Source: Octopus vulgaris (lineage: Eukaryota). Taken from it: DNA of 64,000 nucleotides. The notes beneath the pieces were generated by a model, which saw only the letters and a program-made list of their open reading frames with translations, searched no databases and was not told the DNA's origin. Both the position numbers and the translations under genes were made by a program. Of this stretch, positions 25,465-38,225 are shown piece by piece. The stretch is from positions 5,828,001 to 5,892,000 of the forward strand of contig OX597834.1 in assembly GCA_951406725.2 (NCBI GenBank), given 5' to 3'. How positions within the stretch are numbered: the stretch's first letter is position 1; every line of letters starts with the position of its first letter.

Positions 25465-26120
25465 TCGTATTTGTTGTTGTGTATTTGTATATTATATATA
25501 TGAGTGTGTGTGTGTGTGTTGTTGTGTATGGTTTTCCTGGAAGCTGATTTGATTATTTTCTTTCATGTATAAACTATATTATCAATTTTGAGTATTCCGA
25601 TAGTCTTGAATTCTGCAAACTTTAATTCCATCTCTTCATGGAATTGATTCAACCAAGTTTTCGCAAAAGTGATTTTATTTACAGAACTGATGTGCAAACC
25701 TGTTGCGTTGGTGATGCTGATTGCCAAACCAAAAGAAAAGAAAAAGTAGTCAGAATTTAGAAGAGAGAGAATTCTTGCCAGGTGTTAGTAACAGCTAGGT
25801 GTGCAGAGAAAACTTGATGTCTGGGTAGGTGTTACAACAGTTAATTTTTTAGGAACAAGGGTGTGTTGATACGATTGTTTTATGCTGTTTTATATTGGTC
25901 TTGTGTTATCGGTAGAGTTCGTTTTGGTTTTGTTTGTTTTTGTTTTACCTGTATGGCATAGCTGTTAAGTAGCTCACTTTGCAACCAAATGGTTTTCATT
26001 TCAATCTCACTGCTTGGTACCTTAGACAAGTGTCTCTTTTTATTTTTATTTTACTCTAGCCACAAGCTTATAAATGTCTTATGAGTGACCTTGACTTGAT
26101 AGGAAAATATATTGTATATA

Positions 26121-26288
26121 TCACATTGATCACCTTGACCAACCAGTCTGTTGGGTGTCCATTTGACACCGCTGGTCACAGCACGCTGTCCACCTCTCTC
26201 TTGATTGCGCCTTTCTCATCCACATGATCCCAATCGTCCTCTTGAAATCGTCACTCCACCATCGTGGAGGCTTTCCAGGTGGTCGTTT
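26121..26288 (-). pseudogene. RTE-clade LINE 3' end
   Basis: Translation KRPPGKPPRWWSDDFKRTIGIMWMRKAQSRERW matches the RTE C-terminal motif KRPxGRPxxRWxDD...WxRxAQxRxxW. Confidence 0.8.
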
Positions 26289-26544
26289 TATATATATCTA
26301 TTAAATATTTGTGTATATACGTACATATATATATATATATAAAGTTAATCCAAACAAGAAAACAAAAAAAAACACAGCAACGCGAGGACGTGGAACAAAT
26401 AAAGTATTATTGGACCCTCAGGAAAGAAGGGAAGAAGGAGGGTTTAATGTTTTGAGCAGAGCTCTTCGTTGGAAACAAAGGAGAAGGAAAGATCCCGAGA
26501 AGGGAAGACAGAGGAAAAAAAATTGCTGGCGGTGCTCACGAGGT

Positions 26545-26597
<53 letters not shown>

Positions 26598-26603
26598 TAA
26601 TAA

Positions 26604-26775
26604 TTAGAAGAAGCAACAAAGTGACTCAAAGTCTAAGAGTTTTGAGTGTCTAGTTAAGTGCCAATGCACAAAAGTCTTGGACCTTGAATCACTTTGTTGC
26701 TTCTACTAAACATTAATAAAAATGATAATAATATACATACATTCATATTTTGAGTTCTATTTTTCCTGTTTGCAT
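26604..26775. mobile_element. Fold-back repeat fragment, probably Penelope terminal repeat
   Basis: ~40-bp inverted arms 26604-26644 / 26669-26709; same family and architecture at 47976-48130. Confidence 0.6.
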
Positions 26776-26872
26776 CAACATACATATATATATATATATA
26801 CATGTTAACATTTTGGTGTTCAGACGAGTGTACTGGCATTGATGTGGCAACATTTGAAATTTTGTCTAGGTA

Positions 26873-26945
26873 AATGCAGCTGATGAAGACTAATCAAATT
26901 TACGTTGTCAAACATATTTGAAGAGTCAGAAACCGGTCCTGCATT
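26873..26945 (+). ncRNA. Type-I hammerhead ribozyme
   Basis: Stem I AATGCAG/CTGCATT, core CTGATGA, stem II GACT/AGTC extended by TCAAAT/ATTTGA, GAAACCGGTC (palindromic stem III, GUC site). Confidence 0.8.
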
Positions 26946-27127
26946 ATCCGATTCTGGGTTGTCCATTTATCGAATGTTCTTCCTAGAGGTAAGACAATTT
27001 TTTTTCATGTTTGTTGCACACACGCGTCTTTGCTAGTATATACGCAGTGAAGCTATACAATAGCGTCGGATTTATTACGATTGCTATTTTCCAGTAAATA
27101 TCAGTGCCTTGTTGTACCATTTATCTA

Positions 27128-27206
<79 letters not shown>

Positions 27207-27356
27207 ATATATATTCAGCTTATCAAACTTTAACATGGGAAAAATTTACAGCCTTCTATGTCAATAAACTACTATTGTTCCAGCAAGTTGTTTTTATACC
27301 TTCTTTGGACTGCCTGAAGCTTACTAACTTCCTACAGCTTGATCCTTGAATCCTAC

Positions 27357-27396
<40 letters not shown>

Positions 27397-27419
27397 TTAT
27401 ATTTATATTTACATACATA

Positions 27420-27775
27420 TATCATCATCATCATCATCATTGTTTAACGTTCGCTTTCCATGCTGGCATGGGATGGAAGGTTAGACTGAGGACTGGCGAG
27501 CCAGAAGGCTGCACCAGAATCTAATCTGATCTGGCAAAGATTCTACACCTGGATGCCCTTCCTAATGCCAACCACTCCGAGAGTGTAGTAGGTGCTTGTA
27601 CAATATTCAGGGGCCAGTCAGGCAGTACTGGCAACGACCATGCTCAAATGGTGTTTTTTACATGCCACCTGCACAGGAGCCAGTGCAGCAACACTGGCAA
27701 TAACCACACTCGGATGTTGTTTTTCACGTGCCACTAAGGTGACGCTGGCAATGATCACGCTCAAATAGTGCTATT
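27420..27775 (-). mobile_element. Family D retroposon with internal ~60-bp repeats
   Basis: (CAT)n start, GGATGCCCTTCCTAATGCCAACCAC motif. Confidence 0.8.
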
Positions 27776-27969
27776 GTGGGTGTGTCTTTGTGTTTGGTTT
27801 GTCCTCCACCACCGGTGCTAGTGTGTTTGCATCCCCATAGCATAGTGGTTCAGCAAAAGAGACTGATAGAATATGTACCAGGCTAAAGAAAGAAATCAGT
27901 GCTGGTGTTGATTCAGTCAACTAAAAGCAATTCCCGAAGATAGCGCCCCAGCGTGGCCACAGTCTAATG

Positions 27970-28170
27970 CAGTGCTTTTCAAACTTTTTGCTGGAGCGGA
28001 ACCCCAAGGAAACATTCCACTGGCTTGAGGAACCCCTGTGCAATAATTTAATAGTCTTATGCACACATATCTGCACAGGAGACTTAAAAATTACTGCCGA
28101 TTTTAGCAGCTTTGTAACTTCTTGCGGAACCCCTGGACTGTACTGGCGGAACCCTGGTTGAAAACCACTG
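27970..28170. mobile_element. hAT-type MITE, 201 bp, 8-bp TSD GTCTAATG
   Basis: TIRs CAGTGCTTTTCAA/TTGAAAACCACTG; perfect 8-bp duplication; inserted in a SINE A tail. Confidence 0.9.
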
Positions 28171-28558
28171 GTCTAATGACTGAACCAAGTAAAAGATAAA
28201 TGTTGGAAAATAAATAATATTGCATTATAACACCAATAGAAATAGTCGAGTCACCACCAAGTATCAATTATTACGTGCTACAGGTAATCTAAATGCCCTT
28301 GTTAAGCATTTATCTCTTGAGATTTCAAGATGATGTCAATGGAAGTTGCAGTAAATTAACATCTGAAGTAAACTCTCATCTTTGGTTATTCACACTAAAG
28401 TAGTCGTTAGGAAATGTTCACTAATTGACTTCTCTGTTGCAGCTACTTTTCATAAAATCATGTTTCACCGAGATATACCGAAATCGGGAATAATGCTTTC
28501 CAATTCTGCAATAAACTTTGTTGAGAAACCAAATTGATTTTTGCTCACTATTCTATGA

Positions 28559-28978
28559 GGCAGCGAGCTGGCATAAGCGTTAGCACGTCGGGGGAAATGC
28601 TTAGCCGTATTTCGTCTGTCATTACGATGTGATTTCAAATTCCACCGAGGTCGACTTTGCCTTTCATCCTTTCAGGGTCGATAAACTAAGTACCAGTTAT
28701 GCACTGGGGTCTATGTAATCGACTCAATACCTATGTCTGTCTTTGTTTGTCCCCTTTATGTTTAGCCCCTTGTGGGTAATAAAGAAATAGGTATTTCGTC
28801 TGTCATTACGTTGTGAGTTCAAATTCCGCTGAGGTCGACTTTGCCTTTCATCCTTTCGGGGTCGATAAATTAAGTACCAGTTACGCACTGGGGTCGATGT
28901 AATCGACTCAATACCTATGTCTGTCCTTGTTTGTCCTCTCTATGTTTAGCCCCTTGTGGGCATTAAAGAAATAGGTAT
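28559..28978 (+). mobile_element. SINE family B dimer (head + two bodies)
   Basis: Junction AAAGAAATA|GGTATTTCGTC at 28790. Confidence 0.9.
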
Positions 28979-29263
28979 TCTCAATGTGGGCATTGTTTCC
29001 ATGGCAATAACATTTGGTAAATTTTTTTATCATTCATCACACTCATGTATATTATTGGAGACAGTACATAGAGGATCAGAGAACACTGAGTTATATGCAA
29101 GCATCGGACATGGCTGTATGGTTAAATGATTCACTTCATGACTCTTTTGGGTCTTGGTTTGTTCTCACTGAGAATCTTGGACAAGTGTGTGTTAGCCCAT
29201 GGCCTTGGGTGGCTGGCTCTCTTATGAGGGTCAACTGAGAGGAGGTCCATTGTGTATGTGAGT

Positions 29264-29670
29264 ACTCTCTTTTCTCTTTTACTCTCTTTTACTTGTTTCA
29301 GTCATTTTGACTGTGGCAATGCTGGAGCACCACCTTTAGTCGAGCAAATCGACCCCAAGACTTATTCTTTGTAAGCCTAGTACTTATTCTATCAGTCTCT
29401 TTTGCTGAACCGCTAAGTTACGGGGACGTAAACACACCAGCATTGGTTGTCAAGCGATGTTGGAGGGACAAATACAGACACACAAATACACACACATATA
29501 TATATACATATATACGACGGGCTTCATTCAGTTTCCGTCTACCAAATCCACTCACAAGGCTCTGGTCAGCCTAAGGGTATAGTAGAAGATACTTGCCCAA
29601 GGTGCCATGCAGTAGGACTGAACCCAGAACCATGTGGTTCATAAGCAAGCTACTTACCACACAGCCACTC
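29264..29670 (-). mobile_element. SINE family A
   Basis: Near full-length copy. Confidence 0.9.
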
Positions 29671-30194
29671 ATACACCACAGTCCATTCCTATCTTGGTTA
29701 GATAAATTCCAGTGATGTTTGAATTAAAATAAAAATTATTTTTCTCATGGTGTTTTCTTGGGTTTTTGGTTTTGTGGAACTATTCTTCTTCTTTTTCAGC
29801 TTTTTCTCGATTTTGAAATTTGAATGAATTTTACATCTTTTCAAATATATGATGAGGAAGCATAAATGTTTACATGCATCAAGAAAGAAAAATTTCCTTG
29901 AGTCTCACAGAGGTGATGACTAATGACTGAGACTTTTGGAAAACAGACTCTAAATGAAGATGGTGATGATGATGATGATGATGATATTGTCCCAGGCAAT
30001 GAAAAGTGATATCTTTACATCGATACAGAGCAGAGGAATGAATGTCTGAGTCTTGAAAAGCAGGCAATTCCTTGAGCCAAGCTGGATCTGCATCCATGCA
30101 AGACAACAATTTATATTTGGTGGCATTGGTAAGGGTTAGTCCACTACAAAATGTATGAAAACAACCATATGGTCATTCACAATACATATGGTCA

Positions 30195-30546
30195 AACCAA
30201 ATCAAAATAGATGAACATCAATGGAATTTGCATCTTTGTGGTACCAGTGCCGGTGGCACTTAAGAAAACCATCCGAACGTGGCCGTAGCCAGTACCGCAT
30301 CGACTGGCCTCCGTGCTGTGGGCTCGTAACAAACACCATCCAATCGTGGCCGTTCGCCAGCCTCGTCTGGCACCTGTGTCGGTGGCACATAAAATCACCC
30401 ACTACACTCTCGGAGTGGTTGGCGTTAGGAAGGGCATCAAGCTGTAGAAACACTGCCAGATCTGACTGGCCTGGTGCAGCCTTCGGGCTCCCCAGACCCC
30501 AGTTGAACCGTCCAACCCATGCTAGCATGGAAAGCGGACGTTAAAC

Positions 30547-30580
<34 letters not shown>
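30195..30580 (+). mobile_element. Family D retroposon
   Basis: Internal GTGCCGGTGGCAC repeats, conserved 3' motif, GAT tail. Confidence 0.85.
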
Positions 30581-30644
30581 GTCATTTATATACAGCCAGT
30601 GCACCAGCTAATCTTGGCAAACCAGCTGAAATGACCCAACATGT

Positions 30645-30945
30645 GATGCAGTATGCTTCTTCAACATGACAACACTTCATCACTTTTTCACTAATTTGAC
30701 TACAAAATGGTATTCAAGTGCTGGATTGGGAAGTTCTACCTTGCTTACCATATTCTGAAATAGTTCCTTCGGAGTTTTACTTTTTGAAGTTGCTCACCAG
30801 CAGTTTGTGTAGTGTTTCATTCAATAACAATTTGAAGCTGGAAACATAGCTTGATAAATTCTTTGAGTCAAGATCTGGTGGTTTCTAACGTCAAGGCATT
30901 GACAAGCTTGTAAGTTGTGCCAAGAAAGCATAAACAATGAAGAAG
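30645..30945 (+). pseudogene. Degenerate mariner transposase fragment
   Basis: LLQHDNT...LDWEVLPCLPYSEIVPSEFYFL resembles HDNA...WEVLPHPPYSPDLAPSDY. Confidence 0.7.
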
Positions 30946-31039
30946 AAGAGAAATGACACAGTTTGCAACACGACTCCATATTCTTCATAAAGTACCCTTT
31001 TGAAAATCATACATTTCGGAAACCGGTTAAGTGCATTTA

Positions 31040-31425
31040 TCTTTTATCTTTTACTTGTTTCAGTCATGAGATTGTAGCCACACTGGAGCACTGCCTTGAA
31101 GAGTACTCATATTTTTTTAAAACCTGGTACTTATTCTATTGCTTTTTTTGTTTTTTTGCTGAACCACTACGTTTTGGGGATATAAACACACCAACACTGG
31201 TTCTCAAGAGGTGATGGAGGCAGACACACACACAAATATATACACATGTATATATACATATATACAATGGGCTTCTTTCAGTTACCATCTACCAAATCCA
31301 CTCACAAGGCTCTGGTCAGCCTAAGGCTATAGTAGAAGACACTTGCCCAAGGTGCCATGCAGTGGGACTGAACCTGGAACCATGTGGTTGGTAAGCAAGC
31401 TTCTTCCTACACAGCTACACATGTG
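31040..31425 (-). mobile_element. SINE family A, diverged
   Basis: Head well conserved, tail diverged. Confidence 0.8.
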
Positions 31426-31819
31426 GCCTTATTTAGAATTTCTATAAGTCTTCATATATATTGTCTGTATTTATTTGTTTTATACGACTACTTGCATGGA
31501 TTAGTAATGATTTGCGTGTGAGCGTGTGTGTGTGTGTGTGTGTGTGAATGCATGAATGTGTGCATGTATGTGTGTCTGTACCGCCATGTTTAATATTGCA
31601 TGATAGTCGTGAGTGTCAGAATCATATAAGTGGTGTTATTTGCTTTAGATTTTCCATGAACATTTGTCCAGTCATGCAGAAATATCTTGCTTGGAAACAA
31701 GCACGGTTTGTTAACGGAAAGGCAATCTGGCGAGATTAAATAATTTGTCTCAATGTATTCTGTCTGACTCATGCAAGAATAGAAAAGTGGAAGTCAAAAG
31801 GATGCTTTATATATATATA

Positions 31820-32014
31820 TATCATCATCATCATCATCATCATCGTTTAACGTCTGCTTTCCATGCTAGCATGAGTTGGACGATTTTGACTGAGGGCTGG
31901 CAAACCAGATGGTTGCACCAGTCTCCAATATTGATTTGGCAGAGTTTCTACAGCTGGATGCCCTTCCTAACACCAACCACTCCGAGAGTGTACAGGGTGC
32001 TTTTTACGTGCCAC

Positions 32015-32020
<6 letters not shown>
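31820..32020 (-). mobile_element. Family D retroposon
   Basis: Conserved motif and CAT repeat. Confidence 0.8.
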
Positions 32021-32062
<42 letters not shown>

Positions 32063-32064
<2 letters not shown>

Positions 32065-32279
32065 TCTTTTACGCTCTTTTACTTGTTTCAGTCTTCTGAC
32101 AGTGGCCATGCTGGAGCACCGCCTTTAATCGAGCAAATCGACCCCAGAACTTATTCTTTGTAAGCCTAGTACTTATTATATCGGTCTCTTTTGCTGAATC
32201 GCTAAGTTACAGGGACCTAAATATACCAGCATTGGTTGTCAAACGATGTATGGGGACAAACACACACACAAATATATAG

Positions 32280-32285
<6 letters not shown>
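32063..32285 (-). mobile_element. SINE A 3' half
   Basis: Tail to internal microsatellite. Confidence 0.85.
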
Positions 32286-32310
<25 letters not shown>

Positions 32311-32333
32311 CACATATATATATATACATATAC

Positions 32334-32398
<65 letters not shown>

Positions 32399-32874
32399 AC
32401 ATATTAGAGGGAAACCACTATGTGGACACCCTTATGCTAGAAATAGATCCGATATGATCTTACCACTAAGAAATGATCTCAAGAAAAATTTAGCAAAACA
32501 ACCAAAACGTAATCGAGCAAAACAAAAGAAAAAGCAATACAAATATGATTATTCCCATACATGTTTCACTATTAACATATTACGTAATTTTACTTACGTA
32601 AGATGTCTGTAGATCTTCGGTGTGACCGTCCAAATGAATATAATTTGCTGGACTGCATATATACATATATATATATGTTTTTCGTTGTTTAAAAAAAAAT
32701 GTCTGTTTCCATGGTTTTGTTTTTATGTTTTTGTTTCTCATTGTGTTCGAGGTTTTTTTGGTGTCCTGTACCCATATATGCATGTATATATACATATAGA
32801 TGTAGGTATGTACATATATGTATGTATATATGCATATGTTTTATTATTTTGTTATTATACATATATATATATAT

Positions 32875-33205
32875 GGAATTACTCTGAAGTATTGTGTAGA
32901 ATATACTGTAATCACAGAGGAAGGCTCTATATTTACCAAATTCTATAGAAAAGCCACTAATAGAAAACTTTTCGTCCTCAACCCATCAGCCTTGCTCCCC
33001 AGAGCCAAAGCTGCATATGTGAGAAACGAGATTGCACGTACAAACAACAATTGCTGCAATGTGATCAACAAAGCCATCAACACCAATCAGTTCCTCAGAG
33101 GCCTAACCCTGAATGGCTACCCACCATCTGTAGCTAAACAACGGTACCTGAAGAACATCAATGTCAATAAACCTAGGAAGAACCAACATACTCCCAAGTC
33201 CAGAC
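32875..33205 (+). pseudogene. Penelope-like element RT thumb-region fragment
   Basis: TKFYRKATN...SALLPRAK...EIAR...C...LTLNGYPPSV resembles the PLE motif YRKPT...SxHP..K...R...C...LxxNGYP. Confidence 0.75.
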
Positions 33206-33446
33206 ATACATATGTCTGTGTGTGTTTGTCCCCCCCCCCACCATGACCACCACTTGACAACCAGTGCTATGTTTATGTCAACACAACTTAGGCAAAAGAA
33301 ACTGATAGAATAAGAACCAGGCTTTAAAAATAAAACAAGTCTTGGAGTTGATTCATCTGAATAAAAATTCCTCAAGCCGGTGCCCCAGCATGGCCACAGT
33401 CCAATGACTGAAACAAGTAACAGAAACATTCGATGATTGTCTAGTT

Positions 33447-33647
33447 CAGTGGTTTTCAACCAGGGTTCCACCAGTACAGTCCAGGGGTTCTGCAAGAAGT
33501 GACAAAACTGCTAAAATCGGCAGTAATTTTTAATTCTCCTGTGCAGATATGTGTGCATAAGACTATTAAGTTATTGCACAGGGGTTCCTCAAGCCAGTGG
33601 AATGTTTCCTTGGGGTTCCGCTCCAGCAAAAAGTTTGAAAAGCACTG
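33447..33647. mobile_element. hAT-type MITE (second copy, reverse of 27970)
   Basis: Same TIRs; imperfect TSD GTCTAGTT/AACTAGTT. Confidence 0.85.
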
Positions 33648-33657
33648 AACTAGTTAA

Positions 33658-33877
33658 CCCTTTCGTTACTGTATTTATTTTGAGATGCTCTGTGTTTATT
33701 TCAATTACCTTAAATATAACAAAGGATTTAGTAAAATAACTTAGTTATCATTCAGCTAGTGTTAGGAACATAAATCGTGACTAAGGTTTGGGGGAAGATT
33801 TTTATTCAGAACTTTTGAAAACAAGACATTTATACTGAGAGCCAGAGCTGGTTTCAGCCAGGTTGGTAACGAAAGGG
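33658..33877 (+). mobile_element. piggyBac-type MITE family E
   Basis: TTAA both sides; TIR CCCTTTCGTTAC/GTAACGAAAGGG. Confidence 0.9.
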
Positions 33878-34048
33878 TTAAGGGGATGAGATATACCTTA
33901 AGATAATCAACTGGGTTCAACTGATCTTATTTGTTAGTTGAGTTATATTAATACGAAAGGTTTTACATAATTCTGTATTTGGAGTTCTAAGAATTTGATT
34001 ACTTCTTCAGACCTAATTAGCTCTGTTTCAATTTTAGCCATGACTTAA

Positions 34049-34269
34049 CCCTTTCGTTATTATAATTCTGTTGAGATGCTCTGTGTTTCTTTCAATTATT
34101 TTAAATATAACAAAGAATTTAGTGAAATAACTCAGTTATCATTAAGCTAGTGTTAGGAACATAAATTGTGACTAAGTTTTGGTGGAAGATTTTAATTCAG
34201 AAGTTTTGAAAACAAAACATTTGTACTACATAGCCAGAGGTGGATTTAGCCGGGTTGGTATCAAAAGGG
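34049..34269 (+). mobile_element. piggyBac-type MITE family E
   Basis: TTAA flanks, CCC/GGG ends, same body. Confidence 0.9.
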
Positions 34270-34421
34270 TTAAACACGCCTTTACATTTGGGCAGATGCA
34301 CGTTAGAAGTAGTTGTAAGGGTGTGGGTTGAAGGAAATTTAGGTTATTATTTCTAGCATATAGAGTGACCACACTGAGATCTCCTTCTCTCATGTCTTCT
34401 GCTGATTGTTTTTCTTCTTAA

Positions 34422-34642
34422 CCCTTTTGTTACCATATTTCTGTTGAGATGCTCTGTGTTTCTCTCAATTAGTTTTAAATGTAACAAAGAATTTAGTGAA
34501 ATAACTCAGTTATCATTAAGCTAGTGTTAGAAACATAAATTGTGACTAAGGTTTGGTGGAAGATTTTAATTCAGAACTTTTTAAAACAAGACATTTATAC
34601 TGAGAGCCAGAGGTGGTTTTAGCCAGGTTGGTAATGAAAGGG
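34422..34642 (+). mobile_element. piggyBac-type MITE family E
   Basis: TTAA flanks, CCC/GGG ends, same body. Confidence 0.9.
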
Positions 34643-35016
34643 TTAAAGTAATGAGATGTAGAAAAACACTATTCTCGGCATCATTTTAGTACCCAGTCGG
34701 TATAATTCTTCTCGCTGGTGTTTATACTTTATTGAGACGGCCCTGTAGTTGCAATATTATAAACGAGAAATAATGACTTAAAAATGGTGACATGTTGTGT
34801 TTAAAAACAATGTTCTCTTTCTGTGGAAATCTTTTCACCACAAAAATTATTAAAAGTAATATTCTTATTCAGCAATAAATTATTATTTTCATACTTTTAT
34901 TTTATACTATTTTATTATTTATCAACATGCTTCGCTGTTGCAGTCTTTTATATCAAAAATGTAAAATAGAGAGAAAATGGCTTCCTATGCATTTTCCAAG
35001 TATAAAAATTACATTT

Positions 35017-35056
<40 letters not shown>

Positions 35057-35681
35057 ATATCATCGCCACCTCTGTCATCGTCATCATTGTTATACTATAC
35101 AAAGTTCCATACTTGCATGATTCAGAAAGAAGTCATAGTGGCAGATATCTATGGTTGGACGCCCTTCCTGTCACCAGTCCCCCACGCCCCCCGTGTCTTT
35201 TCAAATGAGTTATTAGTTCTGTAAAGCGAGATATGTGTTCATAGAAGACAGGAAATAAACAACACCGCTTAGATGATGGTGATTCTTGTTTACAATACCG
35301 CACAATGTCAAGACAAGAAAATTCACACACACACACACACACAAACACGTACACACACAAATGAGTCTTTCTTCAGTTTCCCTCAAGCAAATCCCTTCAC
35401 AAGGCTTTGGTAGCACCTGGCTATTGTAGAAGTTATTTGTCTGAGATGCCAGCACCATGTTAAATATCCTTTATGCTGGTGCCACCTAAAAGACACTCAT
35501 GCTTGTTCCGCATAAAAGCCACTGTGTCTGAGTCATGTAAAGGGTACCCAACACACACTGCAAAGTGATTGGTATTAGGCAGGGCTTCCAGTCATAGAAA
35601 CCCTAACAAAACAGACAATTAAGGGCCATCCAGTTCCTGTCAAACCACCCAACCCCTGCCAGCATGAAAATGAGACATTAA

Positions 35682-36238
35682 CCCCTTAATATTCAGATTT
35701 CTTTGTCAAATGTATTAACTATTTATTCACCTTGCTTTGAATTAATCATGCATTATTTTTTAGCTTCAAGATTTCAAAATCAAAACAGGGATACTATTTG
35801 GGTCGGATATTCTCTCTTTACTCTTTTACTTGTTTCAGTCATTTGACTGCGGCCATGCTGGAGCACCGCCTTTAGTCGAGCAAATCGACCCTGGGACTTA
35901 TTCTTTGTAAGCCCAGTACTTATTCTATCGGTCTCTTTTGCTGAACCGCTAAGTGACGGGGACGTAAACACACCAGCATCAGTTGTCAAGCAATGCTAGG
36001 GGGACAAACACAGACACACAAACATATACACACACACTTACATATATATACATATATACGACAGGCTTCTTTCAGTTTCCGTCTACCAAATCCACTAACA
36101 AGGCATTGAGTGGCCCAGGGCTATAGCAGAAGACACTTGCCCAAGATGCCACGCAGTGGGACTGAACCCGGAACCATGTGGTTGGTTAGCAAGCTACTTA
36201 CCACACAGCCACTCCTGCGCCTATTAAATGCTAAAAGG
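35682..36238. mobile_element. Second TTAA MITE family, inserted in a family D tail and interrupted by SINE A
   Basis: TTAA CCCCTTAATATT ... AATGCTAAAAGG TTAA; host reads GACA-TTAA-ACAATGATGATG. Confidence 0.7.
35812..36222 (-). mobile_element. SINE family A
   Basis: Full-length copy. Confidence 0.9.
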
Positions 36239-37071
36239 TTAAACAATGATGATGATGATGATGATGATGATGGTGCCAAACCATGAGATGGAACCCAAGA
36301 CCAGGTGGTTTGTGAGCAAACTTCCTAACCATACAGTGATTCCTTTAAACAGATTAAATACAAACACACACTAATCAAACTAAACTAAACAAAAAAAAAA
36401 AAATGAAGTCAATTTACATAACATATGAATACCATTTACTGGAGCTTATTTTAATCTAAAGTTCTGGACCCATGTATATTATCAATAACGTTAGTCTCTT
36501 AATAATATAATGAAGAAACCATTCTTCTCTTTTAATTAAAGACTGTGAAATCTAAAGAAATGTTGAGACTTTTTTTTTTTTTAAATGTTTCAGAAAATTT
36601 GAGAAGCATGTTTAGAAATGTAAAGTCTGTCATACAATTTACAGTTTAATTTATCAAAGTTCAACGGATATAAAGCCATGATGATTAATTAGTCATTTTA
36701 ATTAAAATCTCAATGAAAATAAGTTCTTGACTCATTATGCCAAATGTAATAATAGTTAGTGTTAATGTGTGTGTGCAAGTGTACATGTGTGTGTGTGTGT
36801 GTAAGTGTACATGTATGTGTGTGTGTGTGTATATATATATGTGTGTGCGTGTGTGTGTTAATACTTCACTGAATGATGACTAAGCTACTCACCTGTGCAA
36901 ACACCCCATCCTACCCCAGGTGGTATCCAGTGCAACAAAGTGATGCTGCTAAATACATTATACTGTGGCTTGACACCAAGAGGACGACTGCTTCCTGCCA
37001 ACATTCTGTCCATGTATGTGGGCCTCAGAATAAAGAAAAAAGCTGGTGTCACATCCAATGCATAAATACCC

Positions 37072-37393
37072 TTTTCTTTACTGCCCACAAGGGGTGAAAG
37101 GATGAAAGGCAAAGTTGACCTCGGCGGAATTTGAACTCACAACGTAATGACAGACGAAATACCTATTTCTTTACTACCCACAAGGGGCTAAACATAGAGG
37201 GGACAAACAAGGACAGATATAGGTATTAAGTCGATTACATCGACCCCAGTGTGTAACTGGTACTTAATTTATCGACCCCGAAAGGATGAAAGGCAAAGTC
37301 GACCTCGGCGGAATTTGAACTCACAACGTAATGCAGACGAAATACCGCTAAGCATTTCGCCCGGTGTGCTAACGTTTCTGCCAGCTCGCTGCC
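37072..37393 (-). mobile_element. SINE family B multimer with 12-bp TSD TGCATAAATACC
   Basis: Full copy plus internally deleted second body; same GGTATTTC junction. Confidence 0.85.
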
Positions 37394-37850
37394 AGTGCAT
37401 AAATACCATACGACCTGAGCCAATCAATAGAAGCCCCATATCTAGAAACTATTTTGAATCAATCTCAAATCCTTTACTCTTCCCCAGATAGCAGATAAGA
37501 CAGGCCCATCTTACATGACCACAAAACTTCAAGTTATATAGAGCTGAGTCAAAATGTTATTGAGCACTACTCTGTTTCGTTTGCCCGCTCTCTCAAGTGT
37601 ATAATTTTTTTGAAAAAGGTTAGCCATACATCGATCGATTTCAGGTTTAGTGATGTAACACACTCTACTGTCATCAGTATGACAGCCAAAAGTAGATAGT
37701 TATAAACATTTATACATACAATATGAACACAATATATCCATGTGACAGATGAAGTAGTTTAGAGCCATTTAGCTTCTTCTTCCAGCATGTGGCATTACCT
37801 CATAATTGGCCTTATTATAATTTCGTAATTATATTTATAAAATTATATAC

Positions 37851-37936
<86 letters not shown>

Positions 37937-37942
37937 CATATG

Positions 37943-38225
37943 GTAGAGGCACATGGCCTAGTGGTTAGAGCAGCAGACTCACAGTCGAGGGATCATGGGT
38001 TCAAATCTCAGACCGGGTGATGTGTGTGTTTATGAGCGAAAGCTCCACGCGGCTCCGGCAGAAGGTAATGGCGAACTTCTGCTGACTCTTTCACCACAAC
38101 TTTCTCTCACTCTTTCCTCCTGCATCTTGCAGCTCACCTGCAATGGACTGGCGTCCCATCCAGGTGGGGAACCTATACACCAAGGAAACCAGGACACCTC
38201 GAGGCATGGATCGAGAAAGAACAAA
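37943..38225 (+). mobile_element. SINE family C, third tail variant
   Basis: tRNA head TGGCCTAGTGGTTAG...GGTTCAAATCTC; tail GGACTGGCGTCCCATCCAGG. Confidence 0.75.

Noticed and set aside
25675-25830. Possible exon after TTTATTTACAG
   Set aside because: Short frame with a stop, no recognisable domain or partner exons
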